From Raillietiella orientalis (lineage: Eukaryota), in the NCBI GenBank assembly GCA_036172245.1, contig JAYWIR010000005.1, positions 1,488,001 to 1,552,000 of the forward strand: a DNA stretch of 64,000 bases, read 5' to 3'. Under the pieces are notes generated by a model. It worked only from the letters and a program-made list of their open reading frames with translations. It was not told the origin of the DNA and ran no database searches. This document shows positions 12,350 to 26,100 of this stretch, one piece after another (within the stretch, counting starts at the first letter, position 1; each line of letters opens with the position of its first letter). Made by a program: the position numbers and the translations under genes.

Positions 12350-13330
12350 TCCCTGGCGTCGTCCCCATCCCTTCCAGGATGCCAGCAAGTCCCCCCATGT
12401 GGTGTGTTCAGGCGCAGTGCCACCTCAGCTCGATCGAAGGAAGACAGGACGATGGGGATGGGGTCTGTGCTCCGGTGGCTTCTGTAGTCGGAGTTTCCAG
12501 CCGTCACGGTTCCACGGACGCAGCCCCGGCAAGGCAGGCGGCGGCGACATTGGGCCACTATTCAAAGGGGCTTTGGAATGCATTCCATCGAGTGGTCTCT
12601 TGGATACTTGAAGGGGACGCCGTTCGACGGAGGGCAATCCACTCGAAGAGCAGATGCTCGACAGAGTTCGCCGCCGCGCGTGTCGCTGTCTGGGGCCACC
12701 CTTCCTTTGGGTCGTTGGGCGGAGGCGCGCGTTGCACGGGATGGTCCGGTGCAGCAGTCCCAACACCCGGTTTTGCCACTTTAGGAAAAGCACGAAACTA
12801 CCCCCAAAGCGTCGCGAGGATCTCTCTTCGGACGAGTCCTTCGGAGGTGGTGAAATGCGGAGGTGGGCGCGTCAGCTGGTTGACGCACCGTCCCGTATCC
12901 CAGCAATTTTTTTTCTCTGCTAGCTCGTAGGTCACCTCCCAGCTTGCCGGTTGGTCAGAGGCATCATCCCGGACGGATGGCAGTGCTACCCCAAGTGGGG
13001 TTCCGGTTCTTCCCTCCTGGGGCTTCCGATGGTGTTCCTCAAGGAGCAGCGAGAGTGATGGGAGCGTCGCAAAGACCACGACCGCTCCGTGGCTCGTTAT
13101 GTCTCTTCCCACCCAGGTTCTTCCTCTCTCAGCATCCCCGTGAACTCCCTCTCATACCGAGCAGGGAATCTGTGTGGTCTCGCGCCAAGGCTATCACCTG
13201 CCGAAGCTGGGGGGTAGTCTTAGGTGACCTTGGACGAGGAACGCCCTCCTGGGTCGGCTACTCGCTCTCCAGGAGTCCTGCTGAAATGCACTAAAGGGTA
13301 CTTTGCTGCCAGCGCCAGCCTTCTAATTTG
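12350..13330 (-). mobile_element. decayed R2-like C-terminal region
   Basis: PTQEGVPRPR (GGLGxPR), SRATRASAQRPKGRVAPD (PTR..RGR..D), NSVEHLLFEW (ETxxHILxxC) and DGWKLRLQKP (GWxVxxEP) occur in order. Confidence 0.5.
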
Positions 13331-14029
13331 CTGCTTCCATCTGCTGCAGCATCAGGAGGCCGAGACTACCGTCTCCGACGCGGAGCGCAGAAGTCCTTCA
13401 AGAGGACCCAGGACCTCTGATAACCCTAGAAATTCCTTCCTCAGGGGGTCCTTTTTTTACTTCTCTGGAAAGAAAGAGGAGGGGCAAACAAAAAGCAGGG
13501 GGTGGAGGATGGGGGTCACGAACGTGCTTCACTCCGCGGCTCGCTCCGGCAGGAGGAACTTACGAAGGGGACGGGAGCCGACTCTGGACCACGCTTCCTC
13601 CAAGGACAAATCCCTCAACTGTTCACCAAATTTCCAATTGCGAACCTTCCCCGGCAAGCCACTTCAAAGCAGGAAGACCTCCGAGTTATCCACCGACGTA
13701 GCGGGATTCGAGCCAAGCTACAAAGAGACAATAGCGTTCTCGAGTATTTGTTGTAAATATTTATTTCTTACAATAAAAGACCAACGAATCCGGGTGAAAA
13801 CAAAGGGTTGAGAGAGGAAGACTATGGAGAGGCTGTGGGATCGGTGAATGCTGGAGGACATTGAGCGCTGGCGAAGAAAGCGATCACCTGAGAAGCAGGA
13901 GAAGTGCAGAACAAGCACGCAGCGTGAAACCCCGGAAGAAGGCGGGACATCTCCCGAGATAAGAAGCTAGCGAAAGTGGGTGAAGGTCTCTTCCATGAGT
14001 GGAGGGAGGGAAGGAAGCGTCTCTCTCAC

Positions 14030-14345
14030 GCTTTGAGGGATACTCTCTCCGATTTGTCCAGAATCCCCTGGGAAGAACAGCCGAGTTTTCCCATTCCCGT
14101 CACGAAGGCCCCCAGTAGGGAGGTCACTTTTTTCACAAGGTGTCGACCAGCACAGCTTCCTCTGATGCTGCGACTCGGACACAGTCGAACATGATCTCTG
14201 AAGAGAGACAGACACCTGGGATTTTGATCCAAGGATTACGTCCGTCGAAGAGAATTCATCCGTGAGAGCTTCCGCGCGGACTGTGTTGCGGGTTCGAATC
14301 CCAGCCGGGGGCCGAGAAATGGGCGAGTCGTAAGTTTCGAGGCTC
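14030..14345 (+). repeat. left arm of a ~300 bp inverted repeat ending in a tRNA-derived SINE-like segment
   Basis: Reverse-complement match to 16803-17110. Contains B-box GGTTCGAATCCC at 14291-14302. Confidence 0.9.
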
Positions 14346-16802
14346 CTTGCATGTTTGTGTACGTATATGTACATGAATAGGTATTCAGTGTCTGAGGTTT
14401 AAAACACGCCGTGGATGCGGATCGAAGGTCGACTGTCCACGGTGCTGGTGGGCGCCCCAGGTGGATGCAAAAATTCTGGCTCCTCTCTTTCCCAGAAAGG
14501 GATTCCGGAAGTCTTCTCGAAACTGCGCAAAAGGACTGCATAAAATAGAAGGTCCTGACGAAAGTGCTGACACCGCTGGACCTCGCCCAGATTTGACGGT
14601 GCGCTCATCCAGAGAATCTTCACAGTCTGACTGCTTCGGCTCTAATTCCGACAAGTGACCTGTACCACGTGGAAGACACAAAGCACAAATGCAGTGACCT
14701 TTCCACCGTATCTGGAGAATCTTTTCCTTTTGTTGTTTAAAAAAAAGAATCTATAAATTGAAAATGTAATGGATGAGAATAGAAATTTTGGTGTAGAGTG
14801 ACCTTGACAGAAGGAGAGAAAAATGGAAGCCAAAATATGGTTCACGGAGACACAGAGGGAGAGAGGAATCACAGAAGAGACCTTTGGTCTTCTAGAACAG
14901 CCTCTTCCACCATACTCGAGTCGAAGCCTTGGTAAGCAGGAAAGCAAACCAATCAGCAAGTGGTACACGTGTGCAAACCATCGTAAGTACCAAACAGAGT
15001 GGAATGGACGCTACCTCGATCGTGGCCTACATGATGCTGTGGAAGATGAAACTGGAAAGGTACAGATTTGACGGGACGGCCGCTGGTAACACGAAAGCAG
15101 AATGACGAAGTTTCTGCGGGCGAGTTGACGAAGCTGCGGATCTCCTGCTTACAACCATGGATGGGATGAGCCTCCGCAGCTACGGAAAATATCCAGAATG
15201 TTCCTCGTTCTTCCGATGTCATGCTTCTGCGTCAGTATTTTTTGTTTTTGTCTCGAGAAGCTTCGGCATTGACAAAGAAACGCCCTCTTTTACTTGGAGC
15301 ACTTAATTTACATCTTTCTCAGCCACGGAAAAACTCGACAGCATCTTCAAATTTCTCCACTCATTCGGAAGCGCTGCCTTGGTGTGGGTATGGTCCTGAA
15401 GATCTTCCAATCATCTAGTGGGATTCGATTCCATGCAAGATCGCGCAGTCTGTTACAGTCTTCCCATGCCGCTCCCGTGCTTCTAGCCAGTGCAGCATGA
15501 AATCTGCTCCTGGCAGCTGCAGCAGTGTCAAAGCTGCTGGGAACTGTTGGAAGCGACGGGAATAGGCTTTGGGGCAACTGAAGAGTAAGACGCTGAACGT
15601 GCTGATATGGAACAGTGCGTGAATGATGCCATTTTCCGAGCCCTGTGGACGGTGTCAAAGGAGGCGGGTCACATCCGCAGCTAGTTGCAGTCCAAGATGA
15701 ACCATTGCTATAACGAGAGACAAGTTTTTGAATGGATGAGACGTCGATTCCAGAAAATGAAGATGGTGGACGTGACTCGCCGTCCACCTCATTCCTCTTT
15801 GGCGACTTCCGTAGAGACCATCGTCTCCTTACTCGACGAGTTCCCCCCCCCCCCCTTCATTCCGCATATTTGGGGATTGACTATTTAAGAACTCTTAGAA
15901 GAGCCTTCTGTGCGCTTCGAATCAGTTAGGTATTCCCTCTTCAATTTGGCTTAGATAATTGCTTCTTTTTGAAATTTTCCGGGACTTATCCCTCTGTGCC
16001 TTTTACCCCGGCATCCTCCCAAACTCCCGATTTTTTATCTCCAAAACCTTTTTCCTTTCTCTCAGAAGCCCTTTCTCCAATCTTCGACTACTGGATAGAT
16101 GGGCCCTCCCTAATCATAAAAGGAAAACGCGTACCAATAAACAATTGTAATCCCTCTTCCTTCGCCTTGACGTTTGAAATTAGTGATTTTTTCTCCTGGT
16201 TCCTGCCGAACCGTTTAATGATGCGGGATGAAAGCGGCATCGTGTCTTCCGAGGGACCATCGATCTTCGATGGCAGTTTTCCTTTATTCGTGCACGGATA
16301 AAAGTGCGCAAACACTCCCTGTGTGAATTGAATTCCGAATTCTTTCGTACCGAATGACCTCTTCTCTTACTGGACACATTTCTCCTCCACCTTCCCTTCC
16401 ACCATCTGTAGAACTGCGTCACCTGCCCCACGTTTTGTGAAAGAACCAAGGCTGCAGTGGACAGGACAGGCTGCAGGAGCCTTGGACGCCTCTTGGTTTC
16501 GATGAATTGTCTTCTTTTTCGGATCACACTTTTGAGTTTTTCCATCGTTTTTCCATCTATGAGCAATCAGTGGAAAAGAAAAAGAAAAAAAAAAGGAGCC
16601 AAAGGGCAAAATGGTCTTTGAAACGCCGCGTTCTCGGACGGATGGCGCGCTCGCTTCCCACGTCCGGGCCGTGCGTTCCGATCCCAGCTGGCCAGCTGGG
16701 GGCACCCGGTCTCCAGCGCGCGCACAAGCGTCATCCCAGTGCCTCCACACCCGAAGCCTGTCAGCCAGCCCGTGCTCTTCGGAGATGAAAGGGGAGAGGA
16801 GA

Positions 16803-17110
16803 GGCTCGAAACCTACGATGCGCCCATTTCTCGGCCCCCGGCTGGGATTCGAACCCGCAACACAGTCCGCGCGGAAGCTCTGACGGATGAAGTCGCCTCG
16901 ATGGACGTGATGCTTTGGATCAAAAACCCCGGTGCCTCTCTCGGTGAAGATTCCTCTTGAACATATTCGACTGCATCAGAGGAATCTATGCTGGTTGATA
17001 CCTCTTTAAAAAAAAGTGACCTCCCTACTGGAGGAATATTCGTGACGGGAATGGGAAAACTAGGTTGTTCAGGGGATGCTGGACCGGTAGGCGAGAGTAT
17101 CCTTCAACGC
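16803..17110 (-). repeat. right arm of the inverted repeat
   Basis: 16821-16881 is the exact reverse complement of 14265-14325; the flanks are diverged. Confidence 0.9.
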
Positions 17111-18250
17111 AGGGCCGTGGCCCGTTTCTAGGTTTGCCGCCGTTCGAGGCGCAGCCCTGTATGAATACCGTGAGGATCGCTGACGACCCAACTCTCCAGC
17201 GTGCGAAAATTTCTTCCTATGAAGCTGCTGACATGGCCATTCCCTGGGGCGGCTTCTTTCAGCTGCAATGCAGCAACCACTCCACCATCCGCACTGGGAA
17301 GCCACACTCCTATCCTCAGATGCTGCATCTTCGGTTCGGCTCTCTATCCTCCAGATGCCGCTCACTCCTTTCCTCCGCGTGCGATGCGGTTTCTAGGATC
17401 ACGGAATGCAAAACAGTGGAACAATGACTTGGCAATCATAGGGCATCACCGTGCTTGCAGCTTCTCTTTGCTGCGCTCAAGAGACAACCTCCCAGCACAA
17501 GAGAGACGGCAGCCGTGGCCTACGCCTCTTGGCAGACTCGATATTCCGACACTCCACGGAACGCATCCATCCCCCGTGCTTCAATATCTCCTCTTGCCGC
17601 AGCGGTCTGCCCTTAGGGCAACAGTTGCCTACCGGCTGGGCAGGAACTCTCCTGCACCACTGCAGGGAAGACCAAACTCTAGAGCAGCTGGAAGACCCTC
17701 GAGCTGGCATAGGGACTGCATCGGTGGAGCCAACTGCCAAGTGTGCCCCCTTCTCCTCCCTCTCTCCCTTCAACGAACTAACGGTCCCTGTTCTGAATCT
17801 GACAACACTTTGGTGTTTCTTCCTCCATTGGAAAGAGGCTGTGATGCTGTTTCCGCACTAGTGGAGGAGTTTCTGGTGCAATCAGAGCTGTAACTCGTTT
17901 CCGGGGGAGCCGCATCCCCGGAACGTTCCAGGTCAGGGTTGGTCGAACCGATCCCTGCTTTTGTGGGCTGTGGTGCCCTCACTGTGACGGGGGTTGCCTT
18001 CAGGGACCCTGCACCAGGAGAACTCCACCCGTGACCTGCTGTGGCGATTCTTCGCGTGCGGCGGACACTTTAGACGGGCGTAGCGATCGCGACGAGATGT
18101 CGCGTCCGCGTCGCCGTCAGCGGTCCACCATGTGCTAAAGACGACCACGTAGCGAAGGGAGGTCACCAGGATGGCATGAAGATGGCCACAAGCTCGCCTC
18201 ACTTGGAAGAAGTGAAGGAGGAGATCGCCGCCATCCAAAGCCGGTTTTAG
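17110..18250 (-). mobile_element. decayed N-terminal zinc-finger region of an RLE retrotransposon
   Basis: YARLKCPPHAKNRHSRSRVEFSWC resembles a C2H2 finger followed by FxC. A second finger-like LPCSG..EF lies downstream. Confidence 0.4.
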
Positions 18251-18329
18251 GAAAGTGAAGAGCGGCAGACACCGGTGACCCTTGTCCCCTGCCTCCTTTT
18301 ATTTATTCATTTTTTTCATTGCCCATCCC

Positions 18330-19050
18330 CATGAGCTCCGTAACTTCTCCGACGTTTTTTTGTCGTTGTTGTGATCCCAGTACACACGGAGCGAACCCAA
18401 ATATCCCTGCCCCATCCCACCGGATTTCTTTATTTTTTTTCCTCGTTGTCCCCGCTCCCCTCCCGTGTTCTGGACTTTTGCTGATCCCGGCCTGCGTGTC
18501 GGTGGAGATTCCTCTTGAACTTCTTTTGTCTTCCGTTGGAAACCAGAGTGCTCCCAGCTGGTTTCCTTTTTATAACATGAACGTCCCGGAGTAGACCGGA
18601 TGAAAAACCATGTGCTCGACACGCAACCAGGGCGCGGCGAAGAGAGATTACCTGCATGGCAGCCACTTTTATGGGGACAGCATCTGGGTGGCGTCACCTG
18701 GAAGAAGTCAGAATGGAGACCGCCGGCATTCAGTGCCGGCTCTAGGAAAAAAGAACGGCCGAAGCCAAAGACGTATCGATTTGATGTCCTCTCCCACCCA
18801 TTCTTGACTTTTTCTGTTTTTTTTTCTACAAAGAACGAGAGACAGCAAAGAGCCCTGTCCCTGCCTTCCTTTCCTTTTATTTACCTATTTCTTGTTCCTT
18901 CCCGTCCGTTCTGGAATTTTAGATTGGCCGACTTTCGTATTGTGAGATCCTTCACTTGAAGGTCCTTTTGTCTCCCGTCGGAAACCGCATTCTCAACTAG
19001 TCTGTTCTTTTAGGAAAAAACGCCTCGGTGTGACCGGGTGCGAAAGCTCC
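18330..19050 (-). repeat. two diverged direct copies (18330-18610, 18790-19050) of an R2-like element 3' end
   Basis: gagattcctcttgaacttcttttgtcttccgttggaaacc versus gagatccttcacttgaaggtccttttgtctcccgtcggaaacc. Minus-strand peptide RSHRGVFS*KN resembles GxRGxWxxxN. Confidence 0.7.
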
Positions 19051-20450
19051 CGTTTTCGTCCCTCTTGCACCTGTTGCTAGCGGCTCTCAGCGGCTCCCTT
19101 CCTTTCACATCACTCGGTAGTGTCGTTCGAGCTTGCTGCAGCCCCCTTGGTCAGCGTAGACTCCGTACGGCCTTACTGACTTCGGTGGCAAAACAGAAAT
19201 CAGTTTGGTCCTGACTTGATCTAAATCAGGGGATCGCATTGCCCGAGACGGCCATGGCTGAAAATCTGGGTCACTCCTGGCGTCATCGCATCTCGCTCTG
19301 CCCGAAACCGGGAGTTGTCTCCAGTGCAAATCGAGACTTCCATTCGCCGCGAGGAGCGTCAACTCCTCCTCGGAGCGAGCGATCTAGACGATCTTTCGCT
19401 TCTTCCTGTCTCTTTTTTTTGTTGTTGTTCCCTCCAGACTTTGGACCCTGGAGGAATGGCCAAACTCGCGAATGGCTCTCACCCTCCTTTTACAACATGA
19501 GGGCTCCTCCCTCTTTCCCAAAGGGGTTTTCCCAAGAGCGGACCGGCTGTATTGCTTTGCTTTTCTGCGTCGTCCATGCTCCCAACGGCTCCTTGCGTGA
19601 TGACGAGTCATCACTCCCTTGATGCGGTCATCATCACTACGATCATCCCGGAACTGAAGTTGACATCTGCGGCGCCAACAATCCCCTGATGTCGTTTCTT
19701 TCTGGTCCTGGATCGCGGGTACGTTTCCTTAGATTTCTTCTCGGGGGCAACGTTTGGAAACCAGAAAATAAGCTCTACGTGCTCCTCCTCTCTACTGTGG
19801 AACACGAAAGGTTCTATTTCGTAGAAGCTCGCGGCCTCTGTTCTTCATCGGCTAAAGGGAGATTCCAGTGAATTCGTTCCAGGAGAATCTCTATCCTGTG
19901 CAATTACAACGTGAGTCTGCAACACTTGTGTTCGTTCCCGAGCATCAGTTCGCGATTGCTGCTAATCAAAGCAAGGAAGAATGATGCGCACGAATTCCTT
20001 GACGCTGAGAGGAACCCATTCCGAGTTCCCCGTCCGAGCTGAGGGACCCATCTCCCACGTGTTTATGGTCATCTCGCGTATTTACAGGTTTGAAGGTTCC
20101 TGGACAGCGTGGGAAATTGAGAACAAGCAGGCGAGCATTAAATCCCAGCGTTTCGTAGATGAAGGTGAGAAACCCTGATGAAGCCGTTATTGAAAAACAT
20201 CTTTCGGGATCTGGAATTTTTTTTATCTGCGTTTATAACTGTAATTTTCCTTTTGACTAATAGCCCCCAAGGGGAAGATAACAGGGAACAATTTGTCGCC
20301 TCAAAGATGATTACGGGAATGTCTGGATGAGCCTGGATGTCGCAAGGACCGCCGGAGCGCAAATATAAATGAACGCGTAGCATCCCTGATTTCATCCCTT
20401 GTACTGATACAGACAGTTTTCGCACTCAAAAGAGTACGATGCGCTCGAAG
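19050..20450 (-). mobile_element. decayed RLE retrotransposon (late RT to endonuclease)
   Basis: WFPNVAP..TYP..HQGIVG (WxxxP..LY..GGxG) followed by RSPDLDQV..SVRPY (RPDL..DVxxPY). Confidence 0.45.
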
Positions 20451-20599
20451 GATTGATTTCTCAGCTCAAATTATTGATACTGGGCGAGCCGCTATCTGAA
20501 GACAGCGCCGGAAGAATAAGTCTTGGCTCTCTCTTGCCTGTTCTACTCGACGCTTGTTTTTCCTGGTTCAGTTCATTCTCCAGATAGTGACTTTGTTTA

Positions 20600-22200
20600 T
20601 TTATTTCTTTCTTTTTTTGGGGGGGGGTTTTTTTGCTCGGAGGCTGAAGCAATTAGCTGCCTGGCATACTCCGGTAAGGTGCAGCTGCTGCAAGCATGTG
20701 TCGTGCGTGACTCAATGAGTGTGCTGAGCTGGAACTTGGTGAGGAAATCTTTCCCCTTCATTTACGATTCAGAGCAACAATTCGTCTCCGATGATCGCTC
20801 ATCTGCCGTTTCCAAACTCGGAATGATAGAATCCAGCAATCATGCCGAAAAAAATCCGGTTTCCTTCTTCAGCTACCCACCAATCTTCAGAAATTGTATT
20901 ATCCTGAAATACATGACCCAAATGCGAGCAGCCACCAGCGTACTAAGTGCCCACGATGGAACATTTAGCAACAACGATGTTCTTGCGGATTGCATCATTA
21001 TCTGACAGGTGTGCGATTAGTCGCTAATCGTGTTCGTATTCCTGCAGTTCGAAAGACACGCCATCCCTCTACATTGCGCATTATGCGCGAATAGGTCCGA
21101 AAACCCCACGGTCTTTCCCGGATTACATAGCTTGACTTGTTCGAAGCCCAGTTCCTAATCTCTGACGTCAGTTGCTACGGTGGTCCTCCTGGAAGACTTG
21201 CCGTAGTCTCCTATCTCAGCCATGTGCATCTCGACTCCATCGCCTACATCAGGATGCATCAGGCTCTACCGTTCTCGTAATTCGTTTGGATTCATCTCCC
21301 GAAGAATTTAAGAAAGATTTACTTAAGCTTCAGCTCTAATCGAAGCTTAGCGTAGCTGGACCATGAAGCATTCTCGAATACATCATAATCGTTTGTTTCG
21401 AAAAGATCGATCACGCGTAATTAGATCGAAACATAACATTCTGATGAGCCCACGCCTGCTGAGCTCATTCAAAAATATACATATGCTAATGACCTGATGA
21501 TGCATCGTTTATCTTGGCACCATTCTTATTCTCATCTACTCTAGTCATGCTGCGTTCTTCTTCATTGTTTGAGCAGATATGCCTGCTGTTAAGGTATAGT
21601 AAAAGACAAGAACAGCATACTTCAGAAGACACGAAATCACCGTTAATCATCCATTTCAGTTACCTTCAGCAAGTTTTCGACTAAGCTAATTAACAGACCC
21701 CAGTCATTTCGGAAGGAAATTTCAACGTTCTCTTGCAGCACCAAACTTTCTTCATCATTCTATTCTTTGCCATTAATGATTTTCCATGAAAGCACTGGTA
21801 CTATAGAATGGGCCAAGTCAGCCGTCATTTGGGCGCTGAAGCACCTCTCCTCTCACTAAATCCAATATTCAGATTACGGAGACTGCGGGCACAATAAATT
21901 CAGATGCAAACACAAAACCCATCTCGTGGGAAACAAGACGTAAAGTGTAAATGTATCCGCTTAAGTTGAGACATCTTAGGACGTTTAGGAGAAAACCATT
22001 AAATCAAATCAGATTCCCAGGCAAATGCAAGTACCGAATGGCAATGACAGGTTCTGAAATACTGCGTCTCGTACCTCCAGAGAAATCCATTTTAAAAGTC
22101 ACGGTATCAGCTGCTACTCGCAACTCACAGGCACGCCAATTCTAGGAAATAACATTTTCATAAAAGCGGGGAATTTCATTTCTGCATAGACACATGTGCT
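20600..22200 (-). mobile_element. decayed R4/Dong-like retrotransposon
   Basis: KKETGFFSA*LLDSII (ETEGFxxAxQDxxI) and HDTCLQQLH (RHDxVxxxxH) at 20670-20880. Upstream extent is uncertain. Confidence 0.4.
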
Positions 22201-23149
22201 CCTCCCAGGGAACCTTCGAAAAGCGGTTCAGAAGACAAGGCAGAGCATCAGACTGCGCTGCGGTGGGCTTTTTTTTTTTTTTCTTGCTCTTCTTCGAAAG
22301 TGGTCAAAAAAACCTGCCTCGTCTCCCTGTAATGGATAGAATGTTGGTTCTTAGTGCGATTTATTTACGAATTATGTTCCTTAGCCGTGGTCGCACGTTA
22401 TGTTAAAGCGAAGGGCGGTTCAATGCTCGTGGATGGCTCAGTTATAGAAGATTCCCTCCGATTTCTAAGACTCCGAAATTTCAGGAGGTTCGAAATTCGT
22501 GATCGAGAGATGTATCCTTCCTTAAATGCAAAGAGAGTTTTGATTAGAAAAAAGCTAAAAAGAGTTTTGATTCTTCTGTCTTTGGAGGGCCATTCTACAT
22601 TTGTCAGTATTTTCATTTTTTCACTCGCAGGATTTTTCAAATACACCATAATCAAATGATCCATTAAGACCCTCTCTCCATCCTTCTTTAATCTATTTAA
22701 CTGTTCGTACGTAACTTTCGTGAATTAGTAAATTTCATGGTCCAATGCCTTCAGGAACTGAAATTCGGTCATCAGTTCCAACAAACAGAGGGAGGTTTGC
22801 CCATGTGACTGGTTTTGCACTTGCTTGAGGAGGTTACATGACTTGTATTTTCAACACTTACGAAAAACAGCTCATTCAATCTCGTGTATTCTTGGTACTC
22901 CCTCTTGGTAATTTCGCACTATTTTCTTTTATCTTGGTTCAATTCCACGGGGACACCTGTCTCGTGCTGATGAAAGCACGTAGCCTTTACGGTATGTGGC
23001 ATTTTATCACCGCAAAACGAAACGTAGGTGCATCTTTGTGTCTTCAAGAAACCTCTGTGTGCCCACCGACTGTACTCGGATCTGAAACGGAACTCCAGGC
23101 GATGGAAATCTCATCTTTTTCCGTTAAACAGCACATTGTACGAATAATC

Positions 23150-26100
23150 AGGCAGGCTCTGCACATCTCCTTCCTCTGGTGTAGGATTCCTGGGATTGGT
23201 TGGCTCTTCCGTGAAAATTGCTTTCCTCAGGACGATCGTCTGTCTCTGGCCCATCCATCTCTTGTCTTGAAGCGGGTTTCTTCAAGTTTTCCGCGTCGTC
23301 CGGTGGATGTCCAAGTTGGCCAGTCCGGTAGACATAACGGCTGCATCGAACACATGAGGCAACCATCAGCTGTTTCGTTTTTTTCTCAATGCAGCCTAGG
23401 GACTCCTAACTCGCAGAGGACTTCATCATTCTTAGGATCCTAACATCCAAGGGAACCAATTTTGAAGGAATGGACCTTTCCTGGTAATCCTTTTCATCTG
23501 TTAGACAATATCTTGATACTCGGATTTTTTTTTTTTTTTGTCTGGTAAGAATGAAGATTGCCCTCATATTTTCAAACGGACAGGGCAACTTCCAGTATTG
23601 CCAGACGACTGCCCATCTGGATTACCAGGTCCTGACATTAGTTGGAATCTGCCCTGGCGACGCGCTGGTTCGCTGAAATTATCTTCCATATTGCTGTGGT
23701 GGTAGCGGCATTGCGGAGCCTTCCTACGGCATCTTGGTGCCTGGCAGCATACTGGGTGAACTGCCTCATGCAGCAGCGGAATTTATGGAGCAGGTTCTCA
23801 CCTCACAGTCTACATCTGCGCGAGAGATCCGCCAATGATCTTCTGGCCGCTGCACCTATAGGAAGCAAGCTGAGTCTTGGCACATAAATGGAACGATAGT
23901 CTGCGAATCGCAGGTGATCTCCGGAGGAGACGGAGCTCGAACTACGATGGAATCCAGCGCAGCGCATGCCCTTCCTTTGATCAGGTTGTTCTTTCATGAG
24001 CGTTCTCGTTGGGCAGTCCGTTACGTGGCAGCAAACTTCCTATGTGAGATGGACTCGAACTTGGACTCGAATTTCCCCAGTGTGCACTTTGGGTTCACCA
24101 TCCAGAAACGCCCATGCGGCTGATGTACAGGGGGACGCCTGCTTTTCCACTGTCCAGATGCTCTTCATGTCCCCACTGGCCCGCGCAAATTTCTCGGTGG
24201 TTTCACCAAACAGGAACATTCCTAGATTTTCTTCCGAGGACGGTTGAAGAATGTTTTTTTAAAACCACCTCCCGGAGGGCTTCGATGGCGAGTCCCTTGA
24301 TGGTGACGTCTAGCGAAGCGAGTGACTTAAGGCAGTTGTTCAGGATAAAAGTATCTGCTTCATCCGCTTCACAGCAGCATGAGCCTCAGGCAGCCTTTTT
24401 CCTGTCTCCGAGCCGGTATTGGTTCGTTGTCCTTGCTGGAACATGTAGATCCTTCACCATTTGCCGAGTTCTGTGATATATGAACTTCCAGTCGGCATTG
24501 GGATGCGCCCCCAGCGTCTCAAAGCGTACCAGCTAGGGACGTACTACTCACCCACCCCCTACCCGAGGAAGTCGAGAATTGATGCGTGCATGCTTTCGCT
24601 TCCGAACAAATCGCTAAGCTGCGAACCAGGTTTCGAGTCGAATTCTGTGTCGAAACAGCACACGAACCCAGACAGAACACTCCCTCTAAATATTTCGGGT
24701 AGTATTCCTCCAAATTTTACATAAACTCTTATCGCAAGGTCCTCCTAGGTGCACTTTATTGATCTATTCCAAATAAGATTTCAAGAAGAAATTCACTGTT
24801 GATAGACTGGTGGTTTGTCCCAAGATCCTTCTCTCCCTGGTTTGCCGAGGATGTCCCTCCTGGGGAAGGGTCTCTACAATTCATAAGTACAAAACAATAT
24901 CAACAAAAGAACATCGTGAAATGATCGAAGGAGTTTATAAAACATCCATCCGAACCCAAGCTTTGCATTCTCTCTCAGGAAAGTTTTCCAGGCACATCGT
25001 TTGTCATAAGGTGTGATGAAATCGTGTACAAAACTTCTTGCCAAATCCCACCGTTTGTCACTTGTTAAGCAGCCTCGGAAAAGCATCAGAAATACGGTCA
25101 CATCTTCCAATCATTTATTACGTCGCAACGATCCTAGCAATCTTTTGGAGCATGCTTTTAGCACACAGAATGCTTCATAAATAATTCCCTCCTCTGCGGC
25201 TGCTATTCTTCAAGGTTATGTGCTGCCACATCACTGCAGACTCTTAGAAATCACTGCATGAAGCTATTGAGATAACTAATGGTTCGGATATCTTCTTCCA
25301 CTAAGCTTTAAACAAACGCCAATTGACAAACAAACGCGTTCCGGCTGTAGTGACGATCACGGTCTCAATTAAGACGTCGTCAAACCAGCAAAACGGAATA
25401 AGAGGTGAAGAATAGTTACACGGAGACCAGTTTGCATCCTTTCTTTTCTTTGAACAGAACATCAGCAGCTTTCGCATATTGAAGATGGTGAAGTCACCCT
25501 CGGCAATGAAATAGAGCACATCTTTGTTTCCCTATCCGAATTGGGAAGTTTGTTAATAGCAGTCATGGTTTCATGACGTGACCATTCAAAGAGAGCTTCT
25601 TCCAGTCGTATATAAAACTGGACAGCAGTGTAACCCTTTTGAGATGCAGCATCTCTCTGAGAAATTCTCACAAACATCACTCTGGGTCCTTGTTTGTGGA
25701 TCATGCTAGGATGAGGTGTTGCTAATGTGATGGAAACATAGCTAAGACCCATGGCTGTTAAATACGAAACAGATGGAAGATGGTATGGAAGATAAAAACA
25801 CTGTTTCAGGTATTCAGTTGTTACACTGCCCCGTGTAGTTAGCAGGGAAAGATCTGATTCTCTTGGAAATGACATTCACTTCGTCGGTTAATCGTAACTC
25901 TTGAACAGAGGGTACTGGAAAGAATTACAGTCAAATGAAAGTGGATGTGTATGATTGCATTTTTGCAAAGGAGATCAAATCCTTTTCGAGGACCAACTAC
26001 TAATTACAACAAGCTGCTGTTTACTTTCGTCGACTGAACATGCCATGATATTTTAGACACCAGCATGAGCTGAATGTTTAGAGGTGGTTCGACGGCCTTT

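Noticed and set aside
14262..14315. Functional tRNA gene
   Set aside because: Only the T-arm and B-box are present; there is no D-arm, A-box, 7 nt anticodon loop or 5' acceptor strand.
19305..19372. HDV-like ribozyme candidate (CGC-TCCTCGCG-GCG plus P2/P4-like pairings)
   Set aside because: There is no P1 partner strand, J4/2 is too short, and it lies in endonuclease-coding debris rather than a 5' UTR.
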